Positions 61,945 to 64,000 of a stretch of DNA of 64,000 bases are shown in pieces. The stretch is from contig CM075977.1 of the NCBI GenBank assembly GCA_038087875.1, positions 198,276,001-198,340,000 on the forward strand, written 5' to 3'. This stretch comes from Malacoraja senta. Lineage: Eukaryota. Position numbers and translations under genes: made by a program. Within the stretch, counting starts at the first letter, position 1. Each line of letters starts with the position of its first letter. Under the pieces are notes generated by a model. It searched no databases, had not been told where the DNA came from, and saw only the letters and a program-made list of their open reading frames with translations.

Positions 61945-62934
61945 CTGTGAAGACACAGAGATGTAACGTTAAGACTGAACTGAGGGCCACAGTCACAGTA
62001 GGAGGCTGCGCCCACCCTGGGTCCCTGCCCTTGTGGAAGGTGGTTGAACTGCGATGCTGATGTGCTGTTTGTCACCCTCACCACGTGGTGAGCTGTGAGA
62101 AATGGGAGAGGTGGGACTGTGACACTAGCAGTGGTTCCCCTTCTCCGGGCTGTGCTGGCTCTTCACTGGAGCCACATCTCTCACAGCTTTAAGCTGCTGT
62201 CCTGGAGGGATGTTCCATTTACATCACTTTACAGTACTGTGTGTGGTTTGCATATTTTATGTAGGATTGCATGGGCTTTCTCCTACATATGCCATTTCCA
62301 ACATCCCAAAGATGTGCATTTAATTTAATTGATTATGTTGCCGCTAGTGTATACGTGGGTCGTTTGAACTGGGGATCGAGGGAAATATGTGGAGAATAGT
62401 ATTGGGTTCGGGTAGGAAGACTAGAGGTTGCTTAATGTTGTGCCTGTATTTAAGCAGGGCTGCAAAGAAACACCTTGGAAATGTGCCTAACATCATCACA
62501 GGTGTCGATTCTGAGGAATTAAACAAACACCCACTTGGAAAGATAAGGGTTGATTAGGGACAGTCGCATAGTTTTGTGCATGGGAGATCATGTCTCATGA
62601 ATGTGATTGAGTTTTTTGAAGAAGTAATCAAGAAGGTTGATGAGGGCTGGGCCATAGATTGGTCTTCAGAAACGCCTTTGACAAGGTTCCGCATAGGAGG
62701 TTAGATTGCACGAGATCTAAACAGATCATGTTAACATAATCCACCAGTAGCCAGTTAGGGTGGTTTCGGACGAGACCTGTAGCTAGTGGTGTGTCTCAGG
62801 GATTGTTGATAGGCCATTTGCTATGTGTCATGTATATCAATTTGAATTAAAATTTATTGAATGATTAATAAGTTTGCTGATGACTTAAAAATTGGTCATA
62901 ACGTTGACAGTCAAAATGGTTATCAAGAATTACT

Positions 62935-63125
62935 TTGGGATCTGCCTTACAACGCCAGAGACTCTGATTCAATCCTCCATACGGGTGCTGTCTGTACGGA
63001 GTTTATACATTCTCCCTGTGACCACGTGGGTTTCCTCCGGGTGCTCCGGTTTCCTCCCACACTCCAAAGATGTGCACGTTGGTCAGTTAGTTGGCTTATG
63101 TAAATTGCCCTCGTGTGCCCAAGCA
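62935..63125 (+). mobile_element. HE1-type V-SINE fragment
   Basis: V-domain GTGGGTTTCCTCCGGGTGCTCCGGTTTCCTCCCACACTCCAAAG. Confidence 0.8.
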
Positions 63126-63371
63126 CTCACCTTATATATTCACCACATGATTTTATACACCTCTATAAGATCATTCCTGCCTTCTGCGCTACAAGGAATA
63201 AAGTTGCAGCCTGCCAAACCTTTCCCTCTAGCTCAGGCCATCAAGTTCTGGCAACATCCTCGTAAATCTTCTCTGCACCTTCTCTTGGTTATGTGAAGTT
63301 AATGTAGAAACAGTAATTAGCAGTGCCAGCAAAAGGGGACATTTAGACCTTGGGGAAAGAGTCAATGCATT

Positions 63372-63490
63372 AAAGCCCTGTCCCATGGTACGAGTTCATT
63401 CAAGAGCTCTCCCGAGTTTTTAAAAAATCAAGCTCGTGGTAAGCACGTAGAATGAACATAGCGGGTACGTCGGAGCTCGGGGACGTCTCT
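63372..63490. mobile_element. Left end of a Harbinger-type MITE, interrupted
   Basis: TTA|AAGCCCTGTCCCA, similar to the TIR at 29422. Confidence 0.55.
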
Positions 63491-63640
63491 TCCGGTGGCG
63501 CTATGGAGGCTTGAGTCCAGTGCCAGCTAGCTCCGTGCCGAAGAATCTGAAAACGGGAGAAAATCGGGTCTTACCTGCAGCGATCGCGATCTAAACGGCT
63601 GCCTGCCGCGTGACGTCATCAGGCGCGCGACTTTGACGGT

Positions 63641-64000
63641 ATGTCGATACAACGTACCCCCCCCCCCCCCGTGGGACAAAAAAAAATCGTTAAAGGGAAA
63701 CCACCGATGGAAGAGGAAGGCCTAACTGAGGCCTCGGCCTCAGTTACAATGACGGCCCAGGAAGACCCTCCGAAGAAATCAAAGCAGAAAAAGTCTGAAA
63801 TTGAAGATCTTAAAACTTTTCTCGCTGCTGAGTTGAAAACCTTTGAAGGAAAACTGAATTTTAAAGAGGAACTCAACTCTTTTAAGGTAGATTTTAAAGC
63901 AGAAATGCTTTCTACCGTTCAAGAAATACTGGAAGTCTGGAAGAGGTCGAGGGACGAAGAGGTCAAGGAACAGATTGAAGTGCTGGAAGCCAGGCTCGTT
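63641..64000 (+). CDS. Probable L1 ORF1 N-terminus (coiled coil), open to the window end; CpG-rich 5' UTR from ~63491
   Basis: ATG at 63641 with 120 open codons. Acidic/basic heptad-like IEDLKTFL..LKTFEGKL..VKEQIEVLEARLV. Confidence 0.55.
   Translation, partial: MSIQRTPPPPVGQKKIVKGKPPMEEEGLTEASASVTMTAQEDPPKKSKQKKSEIEDLKTFLAAELKTFEGKLNFKEELNSFKVDFKAEMLSTVQEILEVWKRSRDEEVKEQIEVLEARLV

Noticed and set aside
61945-61996. Apparent signal peptide MTVALSSVLTLHLCVFTG before the V domain
   Set aside because: The start codon is GTG, and the hydrophobicity comes from the intron's polypyrimidine tract before a good acceptor.

Overview
Repeat-dense vertebrate DNA, most likely a cartilaginous fish (skate/ray). 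This is inferred from HE1-type V-SINEs plus CR1, Rex1/Babar, Penelope, DIRS and L1 elements. There are two N gaps (35088-35287, 37056-37302). The clearest host gene content is a minus-strand Siglec-15-like locus at about 49.3-61.9 kb. It has four intact phase-1/phase-1 Ig V-set exons: one keeps the sialic-acid-binding Arg (CRVE), three lack it. Only one C2+transmembrane exon is intact (it has an intramembrane Arg), and two paralogous TM exons have decayed. The first 12 kb is a nest: Helitron-like element > RTE-X-like LINE > L1 with an intact 1263-aa ORF2. A second Helitron-like copy with different satellites lies at 17.5-19.4 kb. Penelope-derived short elements carrying hammerhead-ribozyme cores recur, several as palindromic units with 14-15 bp TSDs. 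Also present: a DIRS 3' end, Harbinger-type MITEs, a ~1.9 kb local duplication, and a few unidentified candidate exons. Most listed short ORFs are repeat or antisense artefacts. All family assignments are from motif recognition, not database searches.
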